A stretch of 64,000 bases of DNA, taken from positions 12,648,001-12,712,000 of the forward strand of contig CM022674.1 of assembly GCA_012295275.1 (NCBI GenBank), given 5' to 3'. Each line of letters begins with the position of its first letter. The stretch's first letter is position 1. Made by a program: the position numbers and the translations under genes. Origin of the DNA: Chrysomallon squamiferum. Taxonomy: Eukaryota > Animalia > Mollusca. A model generated the notes under the pieces. That model searched no databases. It saw nothing but the letters and a program-made list of their open reading frames with translations, and was not told the origin of the DNA. Shown here piece by piece: positions 14,500 through 27,905 of this stretch.

Positions 14500-15253
14500 A
14501 GAAATAAAGAAATAAAGAAGTAAGTAAACAAGAAAGAAGGAAGGGGAAGGAAAAAAAATAAGTAAATAAATATCTATGGTGAGTAGTAAGATTCTCTCCT
14601 CACCAAACTGCCACATTCTCCAGCCCACATATCTTTATAACGTTATAATTGTTTTTGAAAATAAACTCAAGATAAGTACATTATCACCATTAACATGTGG
14701 ATCAGGAAAGATAACTCTACTTAATTCACATGTCTTCACTGAAATAACATTAGTTTAGTGATTAAACCCAATCAGGTCTGGACTGTCCATCAGAACCTGT
14801 TACTGTCTGAAATAGAGCTGACCTGTACTGGTCAGGCCTGACCTTCAGGGCATTCTCACCCATAATGACCAGTGGTATCTGGTAACAGTGTGTTGTGGTC
14901 AGAGTAATTTTGACCAGTGTGATGACCATAGTTATTGTGTAAGTGAAGTAATGCTTGGTTTCTTTTTGTGTGTGTGTGTGTGTTTGTGTGTATTTGTTTT
15001 CATAAAACATTATTATAAAATAGATAAAAAAAAAATAACCTTAATGAAGATATGTAAAATTAAGCCAAGTAACTTCAGATATTATTATAAATAAGTCATT
15101 TTATTAAAAAAAATAAAAAAAATGTAAATAAAAATAAAAATAAAGAAGAAAAAGACCATTAATCTGTCATTTTATTAAGTAAATAAGTTAATGCTGTGAA
15201 AATATAAGCAAAATAACCCACTTCATCTTCAAAAATATTAAAAAATAACATAG

Positions 15254-15285
<32 letters not shown>

Positions 15286-15339
15286 AAAAGAGATATAACA
15301 TAAATCATTTTCATATATAAATTATATTTTAGTATATAA

Positions 15340-16086
15340 AAAAAATAACCTGACTGTTTGTAAAGAGAACAGCAATTTAATCAAAATCACCTTCATCAAA
15401 AATAATGAAGTATGTAGAAATAAAATCTTTAATTACAATTAAGACATTTTTATAAACAATTTATTTTAGTGTATAGAAATAACAGCAACATAAAGTTATT
15501 AGTGTATTACTGTCTGAAAAATAAAAGGGACATAACCAGTTATCTTCATAAATAACTTAATACAGAAAATATAAATGCAATGTAACCTCGGTTATCTTCG
15601 TAAATAGGTTATTTTAGTATATATAAATAAAAGCAGGATAAGTTATCGTCATTTATAAATTATTACTGAATGTAAAAATAAAAGTAATATCTTCTTAAAT
15701 AAAATATTACAGTATGAAAAAATAAAAGCAATCTAACTCATTTTTACTACCAGTATATGCAAAAATAATAACAGTATAACATAAGTTATTTTAATGGAAT
15801 GTAATAACAAAAGCAACATAACATAAATTATTTTAAATTGTTACTGAATGTAAAAAATAAAAGTAGTATATTTTAAATTATTAGTGTATGAAAAAACAGA
15901 AACAATATGAGTCATCTTAAATTATTGCTGTATGTAAACATAAAAGGCAATGTAACATAGGTTATCTTAAACTGTTACTGAATGTAAAAATAAAAGTAAC
16001 GCAAGTCAATAAATTACTGTTGTATGTAAAAATAAAAGCAGCAGAAGCTAAGTCATTTTAAATTACTGCTGAGTGTAAAAATAAAG
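15340..16086. repeat. ~55-60 bp degenerate minisatellite
   Basis: Unit TTACTGAATGTAAAAAATAAAAG...AAGTCATCTTAAA. Confidence 0.8.
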
Positions 16087-18166
16087 ACTGTGTGTGTGTG
16101 TTGGTAGTGAGAGAGATTAAGATTACAGGATGACTAAAGAAATCTACAAGCAGTAGTAACACACTGATCCGATCTACACTGAGAAAGGCCAGTGGGCAAC
16201 TGATCCTGACTTAATTATTTTACTTTCCCTGTCACTGACATGTAGCAGCGGCGATGTTGCTGAAGTGGCCGATGTTTTGCATGAGATGGAAGATACCAGT
16301 GTGTATTTGAAAACACAGAGTTTGTATTGATTTTGTATCAGTCAGGATCTCTGTAGTTGTGTTGATGTGTTGATGGTGGTGGTGTTGTAGTAGGTGTATT
16401 TGTGTGTGTGTGTGTGTGTTGTAATTTATAATTTTGCTCTGTATGTTTAGTTAATATGTAGATAACATTGTTTGATAATATTTTTTGTTATTGTTTTAGT
16501 ATGGTTAATTAAATTGTATTTCTGTATGATTACATATTTGTCTTAGATTATATGATGATGATAATAGTAGTAACAATAATAATAATAATAATAATAATAA
16601 AAATGGATAATAATGATGACAGTAATAACAATAATAACCACAAAATGATTATGATAATGATAATAATAATAATAACAATAATAATAACAGTATCTGATAA
16701 TAATAATATCTAATATTAATAATAACAAATGATAATGATGATGACGATGATAATCGTCTGTTCCATGAAACTATTAACACTTCCTAAAAACAAATTGTTT
16801 CATCAGAAAGCCTCATTGTTCATCTAACTTACTTGTTTAATGATTTATTAAGCAGTGATTTCTAAGACTGACAGTTTTGCTAGTAGAACTGTTATTAACA
16901 CAGCCAGCTATTGTCATAAAACATCCCGTGGCCGGTTTTACGAGGAGCATTAATCTATAAAACATACAGCAGAACCTTTGTGCACTGTTTGTTTGCTCAG
17001 TTAATGCTTACAGAAATTGAGGCAATCAGTTATAGATGATTTTGTCTGTGTATAATTCCTGCAGGTAATTGGTTACAGAAGATTTTGTTTCTGCATAATT
17101 CATGCACGTGTTTGGTTACAATAGGTTTTTGTGTCTGTGCTTAATTCATGTTGGAAATGCTTTTGAGTTAGTAATGTTATCATTATTGTTGTTTTGTATT
17201 TGCTGTTGAGTTTTTGGTGAAAATATATTTAATTAAATGTATTTTTATATTCATAAATATAAATGTGACATCAAATCAAATCAGGTTTCAAGTAATCTTT
17301 TTGCAGTTCAGTGAGTTATGTAAATATTCATATTTCTTGTGCCATAAACTTCATTTTGATACCACTGCAGTCCCCATAGCTTTTGTTAAGTGCTACATTA
17401 AACATGCATTTGCATACATTTATATAAATATTCTCTTTTCCATGTACAAAGAGAACATAGTTCACTGATATAAACACATACATATATACATACACACACA
17501 CACTTCATTTCTGTTTAGTTTTCAATTCAGTACTAGCACACAAATACATGTATGCATATGTAAATACATGCACATACGAACAGCATAATCAATAGATTTT
17601 ACACAAATGGAGGATTTATGATGTGGGGAAAAAACTGTTTAACAAATATTAGTCATTTTTATTTGTCCCAGAAATCAACATGTAACAAATATGATCCTCC
17701 CCCCCCAAAAAAAAATACGAGAACCCTCCCAAAAAAAACCCCAAAACAAATGAGGATTATTTTAATATTATTTTACTTGACATTTAACAAACGTTTTTTA
17801 TTTTTATTTTTTTGGTATACAAAATAGATTTTGTTCATAATCAATTCTGTCCATAAGACATACTAGTATTTCACTAATAGTAATTACTTACTTGACAGTT
17901 ACAACAATACTTACCATTTGTTATCTTCTATTTTTGTTAAACATTGTTATTGTTTTGTTGGGTGTGGGTGTCAGAATTTATTCAGAGTTTTTATATTTAA
18001 TCTTTCTGTTTTCTACAGCAGTGTAAAAATCTAAACCTGAGATAATGAATGTAGTGTCTATTTTTATTTTGTGTGTATTACATATGTATATCTAATATAT
18101 TACATGTTTACATCTAATCTTATGTGTGTGTGTATGTATATATTATATATTTTTATATATTTAATT

Positions 18167-18198
<32 letters not shown>

Positions 18199-19759
18199 CA
18201 TACATGCATGCATGCATACATACATACATACATACATACATACATACATACATACACACACTCATATATAAATATATATGCATGTTGTTGGTGTTTATAT
18301 TCAATATATGGATTATATATTTATATCTAATACATGTGTTATATAATTATATCTAATGTATAGATTATATATGTGTGTGTATATATATATATATATATGT
18401 TTTTATCTAATGTATGTATTATATAATTACATCTAATATATAGATTATATATTTATATATAATACATATATGTTTTTATCTAATGTATGTATTATATATT
18501 TATATATAATGACTGGCTGTATGATACTGTTGATAATTGAACATAGCAGCAAATAAAACAAGCTGAGGAATGTTTTTGTAGCTTATCAACATCAGTGCAG
18601 CATTCCAGGAAAATGTTTTTACAGAGAACAGAGAATGTGTTTAAACATAATTAAATTATGAGATGTAAGACGGGCAGCTAGCGAATCAGTTGCACTGATA
18701 AACTGGCTTATTTAAAACTGGTGTTATTTTAGTTATGTAGAAATTAGAACTGAATGGTGCTGTAAAGAATGTTTATTAAAAATTCCAAATTTGTTGCACT
18801 TAGATGCTTCATAAAGTTCAAAGTAATTTGTAGGAATGTTTGAAATGTATAATTCACAGCAGTTGTGCTTTGAAGGTGTAAAGATATAAAACTGATATAA
18901 AGTGTAGGATATTAAGTTAAACCCCCCTCCCCCAAAAAACATTATAATTACCAACAGTTGATGTTTAAATAAAATATTTTGTTTTTGTAGATGAACAACA
19001 AGCTTTTATTAACTGTAATTTTAATTAAAATAATATAATATTAAAAAAAAATCCTTTTTATTTTCACTCTTTGTAGTTAACTAGGAATGTTTACTAGCAA
19101 GAAAATCCTTTCTTATATTTGTATACATACACATACACATGCACCTGTATACATATATAGTCATGGATTACCATTGGGATAAGAGAATAAAAAACAAGAT
19201 TGATATACATATATATATGTCCATTAACACACCACACCCACACCACACCCACACCACACCCACACACATCCACACCCATTCAGAAGGGGAAACAAAAAAA
19301 TCTTAAATTTATCACATATTTGCAAAAAGTTAAACACACAGAGGTAGAACAAAAATAATAATAATAAAAAAAAATCTTAAATCAATCACTTTAGTAACCA
19401 TCAATATGGTGCTTATTTTAAAAAAATCATTATTCCTTTATTTTTTATTTTTATTCCTTTCTGTCTGTGCTTGGTCTCTGTAACTGTTTTATTGCTACAG
19501 GCCATGTTATATTGCAGTTATCTAACACTATGGATTTTCTCTCTCTTGTATCTTCATCTGCTGTGCTTGCTTGTATTGGGTGTCAGTTTTAGCTTCATCA
19601 GCAGCAGAGGCGAATAGTAAATCATCTTTACATTTGACGACATGTTAAGTTGCATAGTGATGAAATGCACTCGCGTATTTTGATAATGAAAAAAAGATGT
19701 TTATTTTTGTTTAGCTCTCCGTTATATTTGAATTAGCTGATTTAACATTGCTAATGTCA

Positions 19760-20340
19760 TATTTTGTTACTGAACACAAACAAAAAAACAAGAAGAAGAA
19801 AAAGACCATTAAAATTTAAAAAAAAAAATTGTTTTATCTGTAATATTGACAGACGAGCTTAATATTAGCCTAATTAGGATTCTTATGTTTTGACACTGAA
19901 AAAAGACTCCTAAAAATTTTAATCTTTAGATTTGTATATAATTTTGACGTTCATATTTAATATTATGAATACTGCATTTTGATTTTGAATAAAAAGACCA
20001 TTAACAACTTTTGAAATTTATCTATAATACTTATTTCATATTATTTATCCTGTATTTTGATGTTACAAAAAGGCAGTTAAATTTTTGTTTCTTATTTATC
20101 TGAAATATTGACATTAATATTGGGAATCTCACATTTTGGTACTGAAAAAAGCCATCAAAATTTCTTTAAGGATATATCTGTAATATTGCCATACATATTA
20201 AATATTAGAATCACATATTTTGATATTAAAAAGAAAGGCCTTTAAAAAAAATTTAAAATTTATTTGTAATATTGATCTATGTATTCCATATTCTTGATCT
20301 TTGATTTTTGTGCTGAAAAAAGGCCATCTAAAAAATTAAA
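19760..20340. repeat. ~80 bp degenerate tandem repeat
   Basis: Recurring CATATTTTG..ACTGAAAAAAGACCATTAAAA...TATCTGTAATATTGAC. Confidence 0.7.
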
Positions 20341-20678
20341 AATAAAACTTTCTTTATGAATACATAATTTTAGTATTAGAAATTGTTAGATGACTGTTTT
20401 GTATTCATTTTGTTTCTAAAATGAGACTTTTCATTTTACATGTTTAGTATCAGCAATATTGCATTCTTTTAATACTGGTAATTCCTTTATTTTTGAACTC
20501 ACTGAAAACCAGTAATAAAATAACACATAATACACATACATCTACTTGCATATTACACAGTGTGTTTTTTAAATTCCTTTAGTATTATTTCCCATTCTGA
20601 TTGTTGCTCCATAAGCCTTTACAAACTACTTTGGTATGTGGGGTGATAAACCCCACAAATGAAACCCTGACTTCTTAA

Positions 20679-20680
<2 letters not shown>

Positions 20681-20777
<97 letters not shown>

Positions 20778-20789
20778 TGTACGTGTGTG

Positions 20790-20836
<47 letters not shown>
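20681..20836. repeat. (TG)n microsatellite, representative of many TG/CA tracts
   Basis: Direct reading. Others at ~3388, 12090, 13354, 28660-29040, 33586-34030, 36808-37070, 38900-39195, 43200-43320, 44320, 44587, 54195, 54498-54940 and 60705. Confidence 0.95.
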
Positions 20837-20838
<2 letters not shown>

Positions 20839-21347
20839 ACACACTACATACGACCTGTCACATTCAACCAGTGACAAAACCGATAGACGCTAATCCTACT
20901 TTCTGTTTGTGATCACCTTGCTTAGCAGTTTTAAAAACAATTACATCTCACATGATCACCACTTGTCATGGTATACGTGTAATGCTCAGCCTTGACAGAA
21001 TCTCCGTGTGCTGATGAACATTTGATTAAACAGAATCCACCAGGGGATGTTGATAAACACAGTGACAGCACAGGTTTCCATAAATATCTGTCAGCTTTGA
21101 CAAACACATTATATACACAGCCCTCTTTTCAAACAGCTCTTGATTCATTTGTGCTGAAGTCAGTTAGGTAAAATTTACAAGCAGTGTGACGTCCTTGTCA
21201 TTTAGTAAACATAAACTGAAACTTTTAAATCTGATTGTTTGGATAAACTTTAAAAAAAAAAAGAAGTTTTATGAATTAAGTTTCTAAATGACTTTGATAC
21301 ATGGTGTGGCTATATTAATCTTGTTTTTGTTGTTAATCTTGCTACAA

Positions 21348-21420
21348 AAAACAGAACAGCACATACCAAAGTTGTATGTAAATGTTTAAGGACCAGTGGT
21401 CAGAATGAGAAATAATACGA
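21348..21420 (-). mobile_element. SINE central-domain remnant
   Basis: ACAGAACAGCACATACCA...CAGTGGTCAGAATGAGAAATA resembles the corresponding part of the 58.4 and 59.1 kb copies. Confidence 0.35.
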
Positions 21421-23039
21421 GTGTTTATACTACTGGAATTTAAAAAAAAGCACTGTGTAGTGTAGAAATAGATATATCTGTATTGTTTTCAGTGTGCTGA
21501 AAAATAAAAAAATTAAAGAAATTAACAGTCATTTTGAAAAATAAATTTGAAAAAAAGATTATTGTTCTAATAATAATAAGAAGAAGACGAAGAAGAAGAA
21601 GAAGAAGAAGAATCATCAACATAATCATATTATTATTATTATTATTATTATCATCATCATCATTATCATTATTATTATTAATTACTAAATTATTTTTTAC
21701 CTTTCTTCTTCTTTACTTATTTACTTACAATACACTGTGAATGTTTGAGTCTGATTGATACCCAGGAGCTTTATTCTCTTGGTATGTGACTTTAACTTCT
21801 TTTATAATCATTCACGACCATGCTGAATAAAATGTACATCAATCATTAAATAAGTGATTTTAACTTTTTTGCCAAATAGCCACCACATTAAACACCACTG
21901 AAACTTCTTTTATTCACTACATTAAATATCAGTGATTTAACTTTCTATAATCATTCACTCTTTTATAATTTTATTTTGAATGTAGAGAAAGCTGAATGTA
22001 ATAAGGAGTTATTAAGTAACACATTTAAAATGTATGCTTCATTTAAGGAAAAAGTTTAAGAAATTAAAGAAATAAATAAAAAAGATTGTTATGGTTAAAT
22101 TAATCAAATTTTTTATGTCTAGTGTAATTGCCTCAGCAAAGTATACTAATTGTATGAATGTTAAATAATTGATTTTTTGAACATCTTTGTTATTTTGATG
22201 TTTTTGGCTTCTTTTTATGTTTGTCTCAGTTTATTAACAGTGTAATACAGGTATATTATATTTAATAATCATTAATAATATTGTAGTAATAATAATGATA
22301 ATTTATTTAAATTAGAAGCTAATAATATTCCAATAACATGGAAGTAATTAAACTGATAATAAAAACTCAATAAAACTAAATTGTATTTAAGAAGTAAAAT
22401 GGTAATTAAATTTAAATAAATATTTGAAATGAATTTTAATTGTGTGCATTTCAGTGTATATGTATGTGTGTTTGCACATATATATATATATATATAAAAC
22501 AGGTGAATGTATGTATAAGTACAAATAAACACAAATATTTCTTTTGGGACAAAACACTGAAAAAGATCCCACATCCTACATACATGCACATTTGTGAGCT
22601 AAGAAAGGCATTTGCGTCATAGAGCAGTGGCTGGAACTGGAGATAGACATAAGTAATTGATAGGCTGGCACTGATGTAATTGCTCTATCAGTGGACTACA
22701 TCTCGTACAAGCCGTCTTGACAAAGAGTCATTTCTTTATTCCACTGAAATCTATTTGATAGCCTCTCCTCTGTCGATGCTGATGTGCTCAAACCAGTGAA
22801 GCATCAGTTTGTGGCCGCTGTAGCCGATTGATCTCAATTCATACACAATTTCATTCACTCCTGTGTATGTGGAGCTGATTTAAACCTAGCAGCAGCCTCA
22901 GCTGTTTTGAGTCTGTGGATGTTTCCATTCAGAGGTTTTTTCTGTGTCTTTTGGGTTGAGCTGGCTAGAGTTAAAAAAAAAGGAAAAAGAAAAAGAAAAA
23001 GAAAAAAAAAAATGCCTGTTGGGTTGTGTCAAGTTTAAT

Positions 23040-23520
23040 TCATTGTTTGGGTGAGGGAAAGGATATTGAATTTGTGCAGATTTTTATTCAGTAGTTTATG
23101 GGATAGCAAATTTGTGTAGATTTTTATTTTCGTATTTATGTAAATTACCAAAATGTACCGAATTTGTGTAGATTTTGATTCAGACTTCATGTGAAGAATT
23201 TCTATAGGTTTTGATTCATTGTTTGTGTGAAGGAAATTATATTAAGTTTGTCCAGATTTTTATTCAGTAGTTAGGTGAATTAAAGATATTGAATTCAGTA
23301 TTCATGTGAACTGAATGACATTATGGCTGTAGATTTTAATTCAGTTTTTATGTAAATTGAGAACAATGAATATGTGAAGATTTTTAATTGAATTTGTGTA
23401 GATTTTAATATGGTTTTTATGTAAACTGAGGACATTGAATTTCTGTAGTATTTAATTGAATTAGTATAGATTTTAATAAGGTTTTTATTCAGATTTATGT
23501 AGATTTTAATTCAATGTTGA
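23040..23520. repeat. ~20-50 bp degenerate minisatellite
   Basis: Core GAATTTGTGTAGATTTTTATTCAG repeated more than 10 times. Confidence 0.8.
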
Positions 23521-24649
23521 GCAATGAATCAAAACCCCTTTTTTCCTATGTATGTTTTTATTCATATTACACACAAAAATGTAATATTTGAAAATAACCA
23601 GTCATTGAACTAACTTTACATTGTGTAAACAAACTGCAAGCTAAAAAAGACTACTGTGTATATTTAATTTTATGTTTACTGTTTATGTAAATAGGTTTTG
23701 TGATATCAGAACATAAAGATATTTTAATATTTTAAATGATTTATATGGAAAACAATTCTAAGATTTTAAAAAAAAAAAAGTGTTGTTGTAGTTATGTATT
23801 TAATTTCACCCTTGAGCAGTTTATTGTGATATGTAAATGAAAATTTCAACTTTTATGAATTAATAATGTATGTGAACAGATCTGAGATTAAAATTGTGTT
23901 TTATTTAAATTATTTGAACTAGTTTTTTATATTCAAACTAACAAGAAAATTTCAGCTTTATTTTTGAGTCACTGTTTATTATATTAACAAAGTTGAAGAC
24001 TTAAAACAAAAATATGGCTTTACTATTATATTCACATCATGTGAACAGTCTGCAATATTTAAACTAAAAAGAAAATTTCTACTTTTTTTTAATGTTAGCT
24101 GTTTATATGAACAAACTTGAAGATTTAAAAAAAGATACCTATGCTTACATATTAGTCCATTGAGATTTTGTAATCAGTATTTGATCATTTTTAAACTGAA
24201 AGATATTTTCATCTATTTTAGTATTTCATTCATATCATGTGATTAGATTTCGAGATAACCAACAATATTATCTAATTTTAACTCATATATTTTTTATTCA
24301 TCTTGAAGGAATTTTTTTTTTTATGATCAAAGCTTATTGAAGGATTTTTTCCTTCTTAATGGATGTAACATCATCTGAGCTTTATTCCAGCTTTGTTTAT
24401 GATTTAAGTTTTTGTACACTGAACAAACTGTGAGGTTTAAACCAAGCAAACACACACACACACACTGCTGAACAGAAAGTTTTTCATTCAGGTTCTTCTT
24501 GCGCTTGATCTAACCCAGATGACATTCTCTGCTGGAGGACAGCGAAGACAGGATTAAAATAAAAACTGTTTTAAATTCTTCCCTGCTGCTGCTTGATTCC
24601 AGTTCCTGGATCTTAGCTTTATCTGTCAGAGTCTTATTATTCTACTTTT

Positions 24650-25975
24650 ATTTCAGGCTGTAGGGATACGTTCGTTAACCTTAGCCTCAATGAACTGTAC
24701 ATGATCTAAGCTGTATTATCAATGCTATCTTAATCCCAAGCCCTAAGGATACATATATTGATTTTTAGCTTGAATGATTTGTACATAACCTAAGATTTAT
24801 TATCAGTCTTGTTTTTACTTCAAACTCTAATGGTATATTCATTGATCTTAGCTTGATTTTTAGCTTGAAGGATTTGTAAGTAATCTAATCTGTATTATCC
24901 ATCTTGCCTTTATTTCAAACTCTACAGATAAATTTTGGATTTTAGCTTGAATGTGTTTTACATAATATAAACATTATCATCAATCTTACTAAGGATATAT
25001 TTATTGATTTAGCTATAACAATTTGTACATAATTTAAGCCTTTATCATCAATCTTAGCTAAGGATAGATTTATTGATTTTTAGCTGGAAGAATGAGTACA
25101 TACTCATCAGTCTGATATTAAATTCAAATAAGGATACATTTACTCATTTCATCATGAAGGATTTGTACATAATCAAAAGTTTATTATCAGTGTTATTTTA
25201 ATGTCAGCAATAAGCATTCATTTATCGACCTTTGATTTCATTTTGATGGGTTAGCGAATGATCTATTATTAATGTTATCTTAATTTCAAGTCTAAGGATT
25301 CATTGATTAAAGGTTTTGTATCGGTTTTGTCTTATTTTAATTAACAGGATGTCTTTGATCATCTTTGCTTGACAAAGGATCTGTTTGTAATCTGAGCTTT
25401 TTTACAACAAATGTGTTTTTACTTTAAAGGATTTTTGTTCAGTTGTTGAGATTTTTGCATAGAGGATTTTGTGTTTGATTGAGCTTTATTCCATTTTGAA
25501 GGATTTTTATTTGGTGTATGTATTATTTCAACTGAAGGATTTGTGTGTGAGCTAAGCTTTATTTGAACTTGAAGGATTTATGTATGGTCTAAACTTTTAC
25601 ATCATTTTGAATGATTGTATATATCTAACTTTTATTTCAACATGAAAGAATTATGAGTGATCTAAACTTTATTCCAGCTTAAAGGATTTGTGTATTGTCT
25701 AAGCTTTATTATCTATAAAGGATTTAAGTTATCTAAGCTTTGTTTCAGCTTGATGAATTTGTGAATGATCTAAACTCATTTTGTTTTCAAGGATTTGTGA
25801 TCTAAGCTTTGTTTCAATTTCCAGGATTTGTATACAGGCTAAACATTTTCATCTTGAAGGATTTACGTCTGATCTAAACTTTATTTCAACATAATGGATT
25901 TTTATGTGACCTAACTTTATTTTCAAGGATTCTGTTGTCTAAATGTTATTTCATGTTCAGGGATTTGTGCTTCAT
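24650..25975. repeat. Long degenerate minisatellite (~70 bp units grading into ~40 bp units)
   Basis: Core TTGAAGGATTTGT...ATCTAAGCTTTATT. Confidence 0.8.
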
Positions 25976-26327
25976 CATCAATAATAGCTTTATTTTAATG
26001 GCGTGCAACAGTGCAATCTTGGAAAATGTGTGTGTGTTACATCAAAGCTTTATTATTTGAAGTAAATTTGGACAGATTTCAAAGCTGTTAAGCACAGTTG
26101 TGTAATGTCGTTGGTTAGTTATGTTTTTGAGATTTATATAAACCCTTGGAGAATTTTTAAGAAGTGTAGAATTACAAATTGTTACAAGACATTGATTGTA
26201 GAGCACTGGAATTATATATCATTATAAAAGATTTATTGTTTGTACATGGTGGACTTAAAATATTGATTTATTTTATCATAATCCTGTTCCTGTTAGGGAT
26301 ATATATTTATTTTTATTATTCTTATAT

Positions 26328-26397
<70 letters not shown>

Positions 26398-26873
26398 TAT
26401 ATAAATAAAAAATAAAATAAAATACAAATTGCAAAACCATGGTAAAAAAAAAAAAAATAAGAACAAAAAAAAACAAAAGAAAAAAAAATAAATAAATAAA
26501 ATAAAATAAAATAAAATTAATAAATAAATAAATAAATAAAAAGTAACAAAAAAACCCCACCCAAAACAATTATATATATTAAAAAAAGAAAAAAATAATA
26601 ATAGGTTGTTATTTCATAATACCGGTTTAAATTACCTCTACCATTACAATGAAACAGCAGTTTAAATAATATATATATCCAGATACAATTACAAATTATG
26701 TACATTGTCAGTTACATAAATATTCTCTTTCTTCCTTTCCCATTCATTTAATACTAATATAACTTCTTTTTTTTTTTGAAATTTATTTTAAATTGTGTAA
26801 TATGAATTAATATATATATATATTTTTTTTTCATTTTTTCTTTTCTTTTTTTTTCTCTTCGTGGGATAAACAG

Positions 26874-27002
26874 GCGACAAGAATTCATAACCGATTCGGA
26901 TTACACGCCAAATTGATTTGTGCCTGGTTAAGTCAATATATTCCAGTTTGAGCTATCAACATGCAGTAACAGTCAAAGCATGGCTGACGTGTAGGACAAA
27001 TT
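26874..27002 (+). other. RERE: 5' UTR part of the first coding exon, containing two uORFs
   Basis: Polypyrimidine tract 26821-26860 then CAG at 26871-26873. In-frame TAA at 26967-26969 upstream of ATG 27003. uORFs ATGCAGTAA (26961-26969) and ATGGCTGACGTGTAG (26980-26994). Confidence 0.75.
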
Positions 27003-27312
27003 ATGTTACAGTCGATGATGAATGGGGATGAAAGTTCGACACATGTTTCACAAAATGAGGGCAACGATGATGTCCCCGGTTCGCCGAAGACCACAGCAAA
27101 GAAGTCGGGATTTAGAAAGAGAGTGAAAAACGCCAACAACAAGTTGCACAAACGAATGCCGTGCAATTCCAACAGCAGCAACCAGCACGAGGAGATCATC
27201 ACTGTGCCCCTGGGGGGCAGGTACAAAGGTCGGGGGTCAGGGTTTGCGAGGAAGAAAGGGGACAAGGTGATTTCCTACACCTGTGACCAGGGACTCAGCT
27301 ACAAACCTGGGG
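27003..27312 (+). CDS. RERE: RERE/Atrophin-2-like corepressor, coding exon 1 (N-terminus and start of BAH domain)
   Basis: GC-rich ORF MLQSMMNGDE...KKGDKVISYTCDQGLSYKPG, resembling the recalled vertebrate RERE segment GEITSFITEDDVVYRPG. Donor G|GTGAG at 27313, phase 1. Basic KKSGFRKRVK may be an NLS. Confidence 0.93.
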
Positions 27313-27382
27313 GTGAGCAGAAGAAATTTTTTTATTTTTTATTTTTTTTTTATTATTATTTTTTTTAATAATGTTTAGCTTG

Positions 27383-27640
27383 TAAGGGATTTTTAAACTT
27401 TTACAAATATTTGGTTGATAAGGGATTTTAAATGTTTACAAATATTTCTAGATAAGTGATTATAAATGTTTACAAATGTTTGTAAATAAGTGATTTTAAA
27501 TGTTTACAAATGTTTCTGGATAAGTGATTTTAAATGTTCACAAATATTTCTGGATAAGGGATTTTAAATGTTCACAAATGTTTGTAGATAAGTGATTATA
27601 AATGTTTACAAATGTTTTTAGATAAGTGATTCACAAATAT
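27383..27640. repeat. 34 bp minisatellite, ~7-8 copies
   Basis: Unit GATAAGTGATTTTAAATGTTTACAAATGTTTCTA, starting ~70 bp after the exon donor. Confidence 0.9.
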
Positions 27641-27868
27641 AATGGGAAGTGAAACTAATGGGCCAGTTTGTAAAAACTGCTAAACAATTATTGCACAAAA
27701 AAAAAATATTGAAATTTATATGTTCATTTATGTATGTGTGTAACGTATTACATATACATTTTTTATATGTACTTCCTGTGTATTTATGTATGCATGTATC
27801 TGCATGATCAGATACATATGTTTTGTGAGGAAGGTTTTATACATGAGTATGTTTAAGCATTTGTTTGA

Positions 27869-27905
<37 letters not shown>

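Noticed and set aside
26933-27265. 110 aa antisense ORF overlapping the RERE exon
   Set aside because: Shadow of a GC-rich coding exon, with no recognisable domain.
27313-27368. 3' tail of ORF 27003..27368 (GEQKKFFYFLFFF...)
   Set aside because: Read-through past the GTGAG donor into T-rich intron; homology continues in the exon at 32320.
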